From assembly GCA_951406725.2 (NCBI GenBank), contig OX597817.1, positions 86,552,001 to 86,616,000 of the forward strand: 64,000 nt of DNA, written 5' to 3'. Numbering within the stretch: the stretch's first letter is position 1; every line of letters starts with the position of its first letter. Source of the DNA: Octopus vulgaris (lineage: Eukaryota). Made by a program: the position numbers and the translations under genes. Below the pieces are notes generated by a model, which saw nothing but the letters and a program-made list of their open reading frames with translations, ran no database searches and was not told the DNA's origin. Of this stretch, positions 13,300 through 25,010 are shown one piece after another.

Positions 13300-14513
13300 G
13301 GTGTGCTTCTGGTCAACATCATCTTCTTTGCTATGTCCCACATATTTGCCATGCAGAGGTCTCTGTTCCCACCTATCAGCCATGCTCTTTTTATCTTGCC
13401 ATCAACTTCACCTTCTTTGCAGCAACAGTTGCTGCGTTTCCATCATGCTATTCAGCCTGGGTATTATGCATGAGTTCAGTTGCAAATGCTTTGCTCTCCT
13501 TCATGACATGTCTGGAGCTTCTTACGCCGCTCGTGATTTTAAATGAGTATTAGTATCCAGCTGTTAGTTATTTCATAATGTTTGGTCAGTCTAATCGCGC
13601 GGTAATTTTGTAAGAGAGTTCAAACTGGATCGAGTATCGACCTCTTTGAGCTCAGGGAAGGTAAGGACGATCCACGTCTGCCTTTGGGTGGTGCATCATA
13701 TTACAAATTCGCAGCTTATGTATTTTTCTGTCAACTTCACTTTATTCTATTGATATTCAAGTTTGACACGTTGAAACTGTAAGGAAGAGATGGAACTGTT
13801 AAGGAATTTATGGCTAACATCTTACGTGCATTTAGCTCATTTCTTCCTGATCTTCTCTTTCATGTTTGCATGCTGAATGCCAGAGCCTTCATTCATTCCC
13901 AGGTATTTTAAAGTTTGTTCCTGCTCAGGTTCTTTTATAACTGTGTTAGCATCTAACACGACTGAATTTGAGGTCTTTAATTTCCCTTTCTGGAAAGTGG
14001 CCTTGGCACACTTATGAAGACCCAACTCCATCCCGATATCATCACTGAATCCTTCAAGCTCATCATTTAACAGGTATTCAAGCTTCAAGTAATAGGCCTT
14101 CAAGCTCATCATTATTTTTGCTATAGAGCTTTAAGTCATTATCTTAACCTCTACTAAGTTAACCTGTAAAGGGTATCAAAGCTATGCAAAAACTTAGAGG
14201 TGAAAGTGAGTTACCTTGGAAACTTCCGAAGTTGATGTTAATATTATTCGAAACTTGTATTTCATTAGAGTGATACAACTGGAGATTCGTATTCCACAAT
14301 GGCATATTATGCTTCAGGAAGTTTGAAATTGCAGGAGAAATTTTGAAGATAACCAACGATTTCAAGATCCATGAATGCGATATGCTGTCAAAGGCCTTTT
14401 TGAAATCAATCCATGTGGAACTGAGATTTCTGTGCTTGTTATGACAGTTTTAAAGGAGCAAGCAATTAATTAAGAGTTGATCTTTACATCCATGTGAGCC
14501 TCGTCGGCACCCT
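13300..14513 (-). mobile_element. Old R4/Dong-like LINE RT fragment
   Basis: GCRRGSHGCKDQLLIN, WIDFKKAFDSISHSW, FQGNSLSPLSFCIALIP, GMELGLHKCAK, LKYLG, WEQRPLHGKY; 5' end abuts (TTA)n at 14514. Confidence 0.85.
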
Positions 14514-14619
14514 TATTATTATTATTATTATTGCATCATATTTCTTCCTTGCATTTTCTCCAACGTCTTAGGAACTTGGGGCTAATAAAAGAAATCATTA
14601 TTATTAACATAGTAACAGT

Positions 14620-15078
14620 AGCGACTTGGCAGAATTGTTAACTCGTCAAAATCAACTGCTTCGAGCTATTTCTTCCAGTTCTTTACATTCGATTTTCAAA
14701 CTTTGCCTTTCACCCTTTCCAGATAAATAAAATAAATACCTATTTCTTTACTACCCACAAAGTGCTAAACACAGAGAGGACAAACAAGGACAGACAAACG
14801 GATTAAGTCGATTATATCGACCCCGGTGCATAACTGGTACTTAATTTATCGACCCCGAAAGGATGAAAGGCAAAGTCGACCTCGGCGGAATTTGAACTCA
14901 GAACGTAACGGCAGACGAAATACCGGTAAGCATTTCGCCCGGCGTGCTAACGTTTCTGCCAGCTCGCCGCCTTCCAGATAAATAAAATAAATACCATCTC
15001 AGCACTAGGGTCGATGCAATCGACTAACTAAAGTTGCTGGATGCTAAAATTACTGGCCTTGTGCCAAAATTGGAAGCT
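14620..15078 (+). mobile_element. Old SINE family B copy interrupted by a younger copy
   Basis: gcgacttggcagaattgttaa...ctttgcctttcacccttt [insertion] ...cactagggtcgatgcaatcgactaac...ggccttgtgccaaaattgga. Confidence 0.7.
14741..14971 (-). mobile_element. Young full-length SINE family B copy with 24-bp target-site duplication
   Basis: Flanked by identical ttccagataaataaaataaatacc at 14717-14740 and 14972-14995. Confidence 0.92.
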
Positions 15079-15416
15079 GTTGTTGTTGTTGTTGTTGTCA
15101 TTGTTATGGTGTTGACATTAACGTTTTATTTTTGTCTTTTTTGTGGTTAACAGATTTTGCTTTTTCTCATTCATCTTAAGAGTGCATTAATCAAATGATT
15201 TGTGATATTCTTAATTAAATAACGTCTAATTAATCACCAAGTTTATCCAATAACAACAAACACAATAAAAACTAAAAGTTGATCAATATAATACTTTTTC
15301 GAACAATTGACTCAGACCACTGTCACCCCAAAATTTAAACAAACATTATTTCTGCATTTACAGATGACACTAAATAGTCACAGGGTACAATAACAGTTAC
15401 TGATTGTGTGTGTGTG

Positions 15417-15480
<64 letters not shown>

Positions 15481-15634
15481 CATGAAAAGGACATACGGAA
15501 TTACTGAACGAAAGATTTTGCCAGGGCCTAACACTCATTGAGTACTACAGTAAGACCGCCGTGGTTAGCCGGCATCTGAAACCGACTTTAGAGAAAATAC
15601 TGTAACTGCCAGGATAATATATTTCTTTAAACCC

Positions 15635-15714
<80 letters not shown>

Positions 15715-16077
15715 CAGAGAGAGACAGAGAGACAGAGAGACAGAGAGACACAGAGACAGAGAGACACAGAGAGACAGAGGGAGGGAGCGAGGGAGGGAGC
15801 GAGGGAGGGAGGGAGAGGAAGAGAGAAAGGGAGACATGCAAATACATTCTTTTATTTGTGTCAACTATTTGACTGCAACCATGCTGGAATATCACCTTTA
15901 GTCTAAGAAATCGACCCCAGGACTTATTGCTTGTAAGCCTAGTACTTATTCTAACCGTCTCTTTTGCCGAACTGCTAAGTTACGGACACGTAACATACCA
16001 TCATCGGTTGTCAAGTGATGGTGGGGGGGACAAACAAAGAGACACAAACATATACATATATATATATATATATATAT

Positions 16078-16200
16078 ATCATCATCATCATCATGTGACC
16101 GACCAGACCATCAGATGTTGCTACACATCGCTGGTCACAATGCGTTCGCATTGTTTTAGTCTTCGAATGACGCCACCCCGCTGGCTAAGCGAGCAGGCCA
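16078..16200 (-). mobile_element. Short LINE 3' end with (ATG)n tail (RTE-like)
   Basis: GC-richer ~105 bp segment following (CAT)n, inside a (TA)n tract. Confidence 0.45.
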
Positions 16201-16229
16201 ATATATATATATATACATATATATAAATA

Positions 16230-16337
16230 AATACAGTGTACATTTAAACACATAAGAGGCATCCATCATAGGATTCCTTCTAGCGTGAAAGGAATCCTAT
16301 GACGGATACCTCTTATGTGTTTAAATGTACACTGTAT
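16230..16337. repeat. Inverted repeat with ~50 bp arms and a short spacer
   Basis: atacagtgtacatttaaacacataagagg..tcataggattcctt / aaggaatcctatga..cctcttatgtgtttaaatgtacactgtat. Confidence 0.9.
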
Positions 16338-16668
16338 GTATATGAATAATATATAGTCTATTGACTAATTTTTCAACACGCTAGGTCACAGGAAGTAAAC
16401 TTTTCTAAAATCTTTATTACACTAATATTATTATTATTATTTTTATTATTATATATATATATATACGATGGGCTTCTTTCAGTTTCCATCAACCAGATCG
16501 ACTCACAAGGCCTTTGGTTGGCCCGAGGCCATAGTAGAAGACACTTGCCCAAGGGGCCATGCAGTGGGACTGAACCCGGAACCTTATGGTTGGGAAACTT
16601 CTTACCACACAGCCATACACCCACATGATACATACACACACACGCACGCATACACACACACACACATA

Positions 16669-16750
<82 letters not shown>

Positions 16751-16869
16751 TACATACGTATATATATACATATACTTGTATATACGGATAGATATTGATA
16801 TAGATACGCACACAGACACAGACACACACAGACATATATCTTTGTTATTATTGTTATTGTTATTAATAT

Positions 16870-17641
16870 ATGAAAACTCACAGATTATTTTGCTGGGTAT
16901 GATGAAAAATGTCAGTTGTCCACAGTCAACATGCTAAGGTGATACTAGTTTACTGGTCATGCTTCAAGAAACCTGCAAAGAATTCTCGCAGTTCCAAGCA
17001 ATGCTGATTTTTGTAGGTGCTCTACCTTCACACTTGCACCAATCTTTTTCAGCCATGTTGGTAGTTGAGTGCTGATACTTCCAAGTGCACCAATTCCTAT
17101 TGGTATCACGTCAACCCTCCTCATTGATCCCACAACCTTCGTATTTCCCACTTCAAATCGTCATAGTTGTTTATTTTTTTCTTCTTTTTTCACATTGATC
17201 CTGTTGTCACTGGGGCATGCTGTGTCGATTATCATACATGTTCTTTCTTTTTTATTCACCACAACAATGTCCAGTTTCCGATGTCTGGTCGGGCGATCGC
17301 ACTGGATCATTGCATCCCACATAATTCTCATTTTCAGTGACTCCTTCCGGAATTAAACTCATACAACATCTTTGCTCTTTGTATAGAGCGTGATTTACAC
17401 AGAACTCCCAAGTATCATTCTCATCACATTGTCATGGCGTCTTTTGTATTCGGGTTGTGCCAATTTCGAGCATTCACTAACGATGTGCCATGCTGTTTCA
17501 CCCCTCTCACCACACATTTTGCATTTGTCGCTGTCGGTAGTGTTGTCTGTTCTGCACTTCATAAGATTGGTCCTTAATGCTTGTTCTTGTGCTGCGCATA
17601 TGAGTGCTTCTGTCTCTATCTTCAGGTCACTCATCCTCATA
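16870..17641 (-). mobile_element. R4/Dong-like LINE 3' fragment (subfamily b): CCHC knuckle plus RLE
   Basis: LKIETEALICAAQEQALRTN, CKMCGERGETAWHIVSEC, RRHDNV, PIGIGALG...LQKSALLGTARIL; TTA flanks. Confidence 0.88.
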
Positions 17642-17663
17642 CATTATTATTATTATTATTATT

Positions 17664-18131
17664 TTATGTTTGACTTTTGCTTTATATTTGTACAAGTTGG
17701 CTCCAAGTCTCACCCAGAGACCTCAAGAGACAACAGGTTGGAAGTTCATGTTGTTGTTATGCCTAGTGTGCCATATATTTGGTTTTGTATTTAGTGTTGT
17801 ACTAGTGAATGTCTAAAAAAACATACGAAAATTATGTTTGTTTTAAAACTTGAGATTACATAGAAAGTATTTTGCGTAGGATATGAGCAGTTCCCATGAG
17901 CACTATCTTTTGAATTTCTGCCATTTTGGTGTTTCCTGGTATCTGAGTTAGGTAGCAATCAGCCCCTTTTGCTATCATTCCCAGGGCACCTATGACAACA
18001 GGTATTGTTTTAGTCTTCAGGTTCCACATATTGCTGATTTCCATTTCAAGATCTTTATATTTGCTCAGCTTTTGGTAGGTCTTGACAGATACGTTTATAT
18101 CGATTGGGACAGTCATATCAATGAGGAGGCA

Positions 18132-18132
<1 letters not shown>
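17664..18132 (-). mobile_element. R4/Dong-like LINE 3' end (subfamily d)
   Basis: CLLIDMTVPIDINVSVKTYQKLSKYKDLE...ILRKILSM* nearly identical to 3775-4050; same 3' UTR; TTA on both sides. Confidence 0.92.
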
Positions 18133-18184
<52 letters not shown>

Positions 18185-18278
18185 GTGAAGGATACAAATA
18201 TACAGAGCCCAATATAACCATCATGGTAGACAGAAACTGAAAGAATCCCTTCATATATGTGTGTGTGTGTGTGTGTGT

Positions 18279-18318
<40 letters not shown>

Positions 18319-18324
18319 TATATA

Positions 18325-18715
18325 TTCTTTTATTCTTTTCCACTGCAGCCATGCTGGAGCACCGCCTTGAAAGGTCTTTTAGTCGACAAATCGACCCCAG
18401 CACTTATTCTTTGTAATCCTTTGAAATCTATTGATCTCTTTTGCCGAACCGATAAGTTACGGGGACGTAGACACACCAACATCGATTGTCAAGCGATGGT
18501 GGGGACGAACACAGACACAAAGAGACAAACACATAAATATATATACATATATATGTATATGACGGGCTTCTTTCAGTTTCCATCTCCTAAATCCATTCAC
18601 AAGGCTTTAGTCGGCCCGAGGCTATAGTAGAAGACACTTGCCCAAGGTAACACGCAGTGAGACTGAATCCGCAACCATGTGGTTGGGAAGCAAGCTTCTT
18701 ACCACTCAGCCACGC
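18325..18715 (-). mobile_element. SINE family A
   Basis: Full-length reverse copy. Confidence 0.88.
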
Positions 18716-18844
18716 ATATATATTCAAATATATATTAGAAGCAGCTCATGGTATATGAACGATATCAAATACACACACACAAGGTATATGTTTTACTAGT
18801 TCGTGGGTCGGTTGCGTTTATTGGCGTAAGAAAATATATTCTCA

Positions 18845-19259
18845 TGGCTGTGTGGTAAGTAGCTTGCTAACCAGCCACATGGTTCCGGGTTCAGTCCCAC
18901 TGCGTGGCATCTTGGGCAAGTGTCTTCTGCTATAGCCCCGGGCCGACCAATGCCTTGTGAGTGGATTTGGTAGACGGAAACTGAAAGAAGTCTGTCGTAT
19001 ATATATATATATATAAGTGTGTGTGTATATGTTTGTGTGTCTGTTTGTCCCCCTAGCATTGCTTGACAACTGATGCTGGTGTGTTTACGTCCCCGTCACT
19101 TAGCGGTTCGGCAAAAGAGACCGATAGAATAAGTACTGGGTTTACAAAGAATAAGTCCCGGGGTCGATTTGCTCGACTAAAAAAAAAAAGGCGGTGCTCC
19201 AGCATGGCCGCAGTCAAATGACTGAAACAAGTAAAAGAGTAAAAGAGTAAAAAAGAGAG
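18845..19259 (+). mobile_element. SINE family A, full length, young
   Basis: A box tggctgtgtggtaag, B-box-like ggttcagtcc, internal (TA)(TG), (GTAAAAGA)n tail. Confidence 0.92.
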
Positions 19260-20510
19260 TATTCACCTGCTGTTAAAAGATCTGGAAGTCATAGATAAGC
19301 GAGATAACTCGCATCCGGTGCCATTCGGGAGCGACAGACACCGATATTCCCTCACCTTTGTATCTGAAAAGAGGCTCTAAATTGTTGTCGATGACTATAT
19401 GCAAAATGGTGCAAGAACCATCTGCTGGTATATCGCTACATACCAGAGGAAAAATTCAAATATTCAAATTCCACACATACATTTACATCGCTTCCTTTAT
19501 ACATTTCTACAGATTACGACTCTTAAACTCGGTACGTTTTCACAATCTTTCTTCCCCTCTTAAACCTCTCTCTCAATCATCCTTCTATCTCTCTCTCCCT
19601 CTTTCATTCAACACTTTCCGTCCACGTTTTTCTTTAAATATCAACCCACAAAATTTCAAACTGATTTTCAACTACATCGACATCACCAGTCTCTAAAGTC
19701 AGTTTATGGGCACACCCCCAATTTCACGAACTAAATATTGCTACACAACCGAGGTACAATGCCACAAATTTAAGTGAAGTCCGGTGAATTCCGGTGAAAT
19801 CGAACCCTAATCTCAGGTAGCATGTAAAGTATTGACAGTGGGAAACAAGGGTCAAAATCAACAGAATTGAAACTTTGATCATAATCAAATATAACAAAGC
19901 ATTTTCTCCACTGCTCTCCCGAACCTCGCTTGTGAATAATTAATAAAAACAATTTCCGGTCCCCGGAAAAAATGAGATTGTGCCTGTTGGAAAAAATCAA
20001 TAATTTTATAGATCATTATTACTATTGTTGCTGTTGCTAAGAAACCCTTACAATTGAAATAGAGGGATTTGGTTGTCGTTTGTAGCCGTGGCTACACTGA
20101 TTTCACTGGTTTAAGATTTAAGACGTAGAACTCTCTATTTAAATAGTGGTAACAAATTTTGGGAAAGATATTTTGCTATGCACATTTTTACACATATAGC
20201 TATATAGATAGATGCATATGTATATGTATATGGATATGCGCGTCTGTATATAAATAAATATGTATAAGTACTTATACATACATATGTTTCTTTTTTTATT
20301 CTTAATTGGCACGATTTTAAAGTGCCTCTATAGCCTATAGTCTTGTGCATGGCACTTGATAATATAATATACAATATATATATAATACAAAATGGGGCAA
20401 GAACGCAAAACATCCGGACAACTAGGTGATACAAAAAGGGACAACAAAACATGCAGATAGACGATACAAAAACACAAGGACGGGTCATTCGAAGCTTTTT
20501 ATCCTCATTT

Positions 20511-20561
<51 letters not shown>

Positions 20562-21115
20562 CTGTGTACGTACACTTTGTTCTCTTATATACATATATAT
20601 ATACATACGTATGTATGCATATATTTATGTATGTATATATAGATATAGATATATATAATGAGTGTCGTAACTTGCAAGAGACTCGACCAAAAGAAAGTAT
20701 TACGATGGTGTGGGGTGGGGGTGTTTAGTGATGACAGAAAGAAAACATAAAGTCCCATGCCAGGAAGTGAATGTTCTGCTATTCGTTAGCAATTTAGATT
20801 GTAGTTAGTCAACTGCTTTAGCAACCGTCCAGTTCGTTCACCAACTTCACGCATTATAACAGCTTATTTTCACATTAGTTGCTTTTCATCTTTGCTCCAG
20901 TATTCATGGTGTTCCTGTTGGTGAACAACACTGATGGCAACTAAAACAATTAACGTTAATCCAAGTTAACTGGGAATAACAAAACTTTTGCCTCTTAATA
21001 GGGAACTTAAATTTTTGTGCTTTTTTTTTGCCCTGTTACTAAAAACGCCCGATGTATAAATATTAATAACTCTTAAAGGTGCTGAATCCATTTTTGTTGA
21101 ACCAATATAATGTAG

Positions 21116-21452
21116 TGGCTGTAAGGTAAGAAGCTTGCTTCACCATCAGTCCCACTATAGCCTCGGGCCGACCAAAACCTTGTGATAGATTTGGTAGATG
21201 GAAATAGAAAGAAGCCCGTCGTATGTATATATGTGAGTGTGTGCGTGTTTGTGTCTGTTTTGTCCCCCACCATCGCTTAACAACCGATGTTGGTATGTTT
21301 ACGTCCTCGTAACATAGCGGTTTGACGAAAATGACCGATAAAATAAGTACTAGGCTGACAAAGAATAAGTCCGGGTGTCGATTTGTTCGACTAAAGGCGG
21401 TGCCCCAGCATAGCTGCAGTCAAATGGCTGAAACAAGTAATAGAATAAAAGA
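21116..21452 (+). mobile_element. SINE family A with internal deletion
   Basis: tggctgtaaggtaagaagcttgctt...cctcgggccgaccaaa...actaaaggcggtgccccagca. Confidence 0.85.
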
Positions 21453-21467
21453 ATATATGCGTGTGTA

Positions 21468-21500
<33 letters not shown>

Positions 21501-21626
21501 TACATACATACATATATATACATACATACATATATATGTATGTATATATATATATGTATGTATGTATATATATGTATGTATGTATATATGTATGTATGTA
21601 TGTATGTATATGGATATATATGTATG

Positions 21627-21688
<62 letters not shown>

Positions 21689-21793
21689 AAAAAGGAGATG
21701 TGGAACACGAGTTGTGATATATAAAAAAAGGAAATGAAGAAAATGCTGACAAAATAATTTAAGTAAGGGAGAGTGTATTTAATTAGGTGAAAG

Positions 21794-21834
21794 TTCTTTT
21801 TACCGGTTGCGCATTTGTTATGCTTATCAAAAGA
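21794..21834 (-). ncRNA. Decayed minimal hammerhead ribozyme in a probable PLE terminal repeat
   Basis: Minus strand tctt TTGATAA gcat-aacaa-atgc GCAA ccgg TA aaaaga: stems retained, core mutated from CUGAUGA/GAAA. Confidence 0.5.
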
Positions 21835-22697
21835 TATTTTTTTAAGAGAGATAGAGTTCCTTTCTGATAGATTTTTTTTCTCTTATCTGACTTTATGTTG
21901 GGTTTGCTGTCTCTTATATGTGAAAAAAGAGGCTCCAGAGTTGTTTAAGACTTGCTTGGTTTCGCGCCTAAAATTTTGTGGACAATGGTCAATACAATTT
22001 TGATTGGTCATTATAAAGGGGTCACGTGAATGTTTGAATGGAAGTTGGTGTTGGGGTAAGAAAATAGGCTCCAGAGATGTTAAAATTTGACTAGTGTCGC
22101 GCCTAAAATTTCTTATTGGTCATAATAAAGAGATCACGTGGATGTGGTCATAATAGAGAGGTCACGTGAATGTTTAGAATGAATGTTGATGTGGGTGGTG
22201 TATGGAGTTTTCGAAAATAGCGTTGTTGAAAATTCTTATTGTTCAGGCTGGTCAGTAGACGTCATGTGGATATTTTAAATAGCTTTTTAGCGCGTAGTTA
22301 AGGAGTGTATTTTCCGCTTGACTGAATTTGAGCTGGATAAGTAAGTTCGTTTAGGACAGGAAGAGCTATATGTATGTATGTGTGCGCGCGTGTATGTGTA
22401 TGTGTGTGTGTTTATATGTATGTTGGGGCGCGCGCGCGTGTATATATGTGTGCGTGTGTGGGTACAATTTTCAATATTTATAGTTCTGCTGGCCTTGTGC
22501 CTGTATCGGGAAGCAACGTGTTTGTGTGAAGTCAATATTTACAGTCATTTCCAAAAAATAGTGTTGGATGTTTTGCACCCGTATCAAATTATGTGTATGT
22601 GTGGAACCATATATTTGCGTGTGTCATGGTGTTAATATCTGGGTAAAAGTGTGTGTAGGGTGTGTGCAGGTGTAAGTGTGTTTGTTGTGGGTTCGTG

Positions 22698-23120
22698 TTA
22701 GGGGGATGTGTTTAGAAGTGGTCTGTATTTATTAATAAGGTGGGATTCCATGGTTATTCGCTGGGTATGAGTGGCATTGTCTTTAAATTAGTAGAGGGGA
22801 AAGATTCTAAAATTGGAATGAAGTTGTGCGGCACAGGTATCAATATGTGCACTAAGTGCTATTTTTCTGTATTCCTGTATTTTTATTTGGGATCTGTGGA
22901 CAGTCATGCGTTGGTGGAGGCTATTTTTAGTTTGGCCTATGTAGTGTTATTTACAGCCCGAGCAAGTTAAGACATATACTAGGTTTTCTGATGCGCATGT
23001 GAAGTTGTGTTTTACTGTGAAACGTTGTCCTTGTTTAAAAAGGAATTCCGGACCTTCTATTAGGTTGATGCATATACCACAGTTGGGTCTTGATTGTGTG
23101 GTGTTGGTGGCGATGATAAT
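22698..23120 (-). mobile_element. Penelope-like element GIY-YIG endonuclease fragment (Neptune-like)
   Basis: RPNCGIC...FTCASENLVYVLTCSGCK*HYIGQTKNSLHQRMTVH...LSAH...ESHLINKYRPLLN. Confidence 0.9.
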
Positions 23121-23447
23121 TCTCTCTATGAATGCAGACAGCGAGATATACAACGCCGTTTGACGAAGTGAAAGTGATGGGAAGATAGGAAATAGAGTGA
23201 GTGAAAAAGTGCTGGGAAGGGAGGAAATAGCGTGAGTGAGTGAGGAAGACAGATACATTAAAGAATGGGAGTGGACTTGTCAAAGTGGGTTTTTGGCCCT
23301 AGCAACGACACCTTTTAAGATAGGGATTTCTATCGTCACCTCATTTTACATGTCCCTGTAAATTTTGGAGTCAATCCAACCGGATGTAGTGGCCTTGAAA
23401 GCGATCCAAGCGGTCGAGTTAAACAAAATTTTTTCAGTTTTATAAAT

Positions 23448-23660
<213 letters not shown>

Positions 23661-23661
23661 T

Positions 23662-23824
23662 AAACAATTGCAGCGTGGAAGGTGTTTATAAGCCATTTAA
23701 TAAACACACAAAAACTGTTAGATTCGCTTCAACATTTAAATTTAATTTAAATGTTGAAGTGAATCTAACGGTTTTTGTGTGTCTCTTAAACGGCTTATAA
23801 ACACCTTCCACGCTGCAATTGTTT
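23662..23824. repeat. ~160 bp near-perfect palindrome between (TA)n tracts
   Basis: aaacaattgcagcgtggaaggtgtttataagcc...cttcaacatttaaat / atttaaatgttgaag...ggcttataaacaccttccacgctgcaattgttt. Confidence 0.92.
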
Positions 23825-23878
23825 TCGTTCCAGCACACGATCTCAGATCAGGTCACCTGCTATGCAAGTACATCTCCG

Positions 23879-23955
<77 letters not shown>

Positions 23956-23984
23956 TGTATGTACGTACGTATGCATATATATTA

Positions 23985-24175
23985 CACTTGTTACTTCAGT
24001 CAGTTAAGCGTGGCCATGCTGGAGTACCACCTTTACTAGAAGAAATCAACCTCTGAACTTATTCTTTGTAAACCTGGTGCTTATTCTATCGATATCTTCT
24101 GTCAAACTGGTACGTTACGGGGACGGAAACACACCAACATCGGTTTCTAAGCGATGGTGGAAGGGAACAAGCACA
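23985..24175 (-). mobile_element. SINE family A 3' half
   Basis: gtggccatgctggagtaccacctttac...gttacggggacggaaacacaccaacatcgg. Confidence 0.75.
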
Positions 24176-24211
<36 letters not shown>

Positions 24212-24232
24212 TTATATATATATATATATATA

Positions 24233-24770
24233 CTAGTTGTACCCACCTTGACCCGTTGGGTCACAACCACTCCAAGTTGAAAATGTCGATGCGCGGCCTC
24301 AAAGGTAAAAATATTATCATATTTCGAACTTCATGTCATAAAATTCTTAAATAACAGTTCTCCTGCCAAATGTTTCTTCACTGAAAACGTTCAAATGGTC
24401 TTCAACCTTTTTCCCTCGCTTTCTTCTTTGCCATTCTCTGTTACTACTGTTCCAAATGAAATATATAGATATATATTCTGCTTGAAAGCTTTTATCTTCG
24501 CCCGACAATTTTAAGACGTCACAGTCCGTTGTATTTATGTTGTAGTCTCCATGTTGCTAAGTTAACGTTAAAATCGCCAAAATAAATAAGTGCATTTAAT
24601 CATTAGTTTTTTATATAAGTTGGCGGTCATAGATTTATAAGATATGAAACATGAGTGTTGTCACGTCCACGCACGTCGGAGCAGCAGAAACAAAAAGTGA
24701 AATAGCGATTTATGAATTTTAAATTAGGTTACGGAAGTGAATAGTTAGAAACTTATCGCCACAATTTCCC
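24233..24770 (-). mobile_element. Probable non-autonomous Helitron (3' end defined, 5' end uncertain)
   Basis: Minus strand ends in a tgaccc-aac-gggtca hairpin, 12 nt, then CTAG|t at 24233. Confidence 0.5.
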
Positions 24771-24784
24771 AAAACACAAGCCAG

Positions 24785-25010
24785 CTGGGGAGCCTCTACG
24801 TTGTTATTTTACACGCTGGAAATAGCATCTACATCTCCCTCAGATCATACTTTAACGCCATTAAAACGAGGGACTCGTTCAATAATGTAGTTCCGACAGC
24901 ATTATGCATGTAAGAAAGATAGGATGATCGCGGCTTGATTGCATTTGACCAAAGGTCAGTTCAATCAGTGGTAAATTGGAGCTAAAGATAAGAACAACAA
25001 CAACAGCAGT
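24785..25010 (+). repeat. Old dispersed repeat with (CAA)n tail; related copies at 33290-33430 and 34315-34500 on the minus strand
   Basis: gctggaaatagcatctacatctccctc...ggagctaaa..aacaacaac resembles the reverse complement of the other two loci. Confidence 0.5.

Larger units (their letters stand above)
15848..16620 (-). mobile_element. SINE family A copy split by insertions in its internal microsatellite
   Basis: 3' half at 15848-16050 and 5' half at 16465-16620, with unrelated segments between. Confidence 0.75.

Noticed and set aside
23345-23430. Possible hammerhead near ccggatgt...gaaagcgatc
   Set aside because: Core and stems could not be formed convincingly
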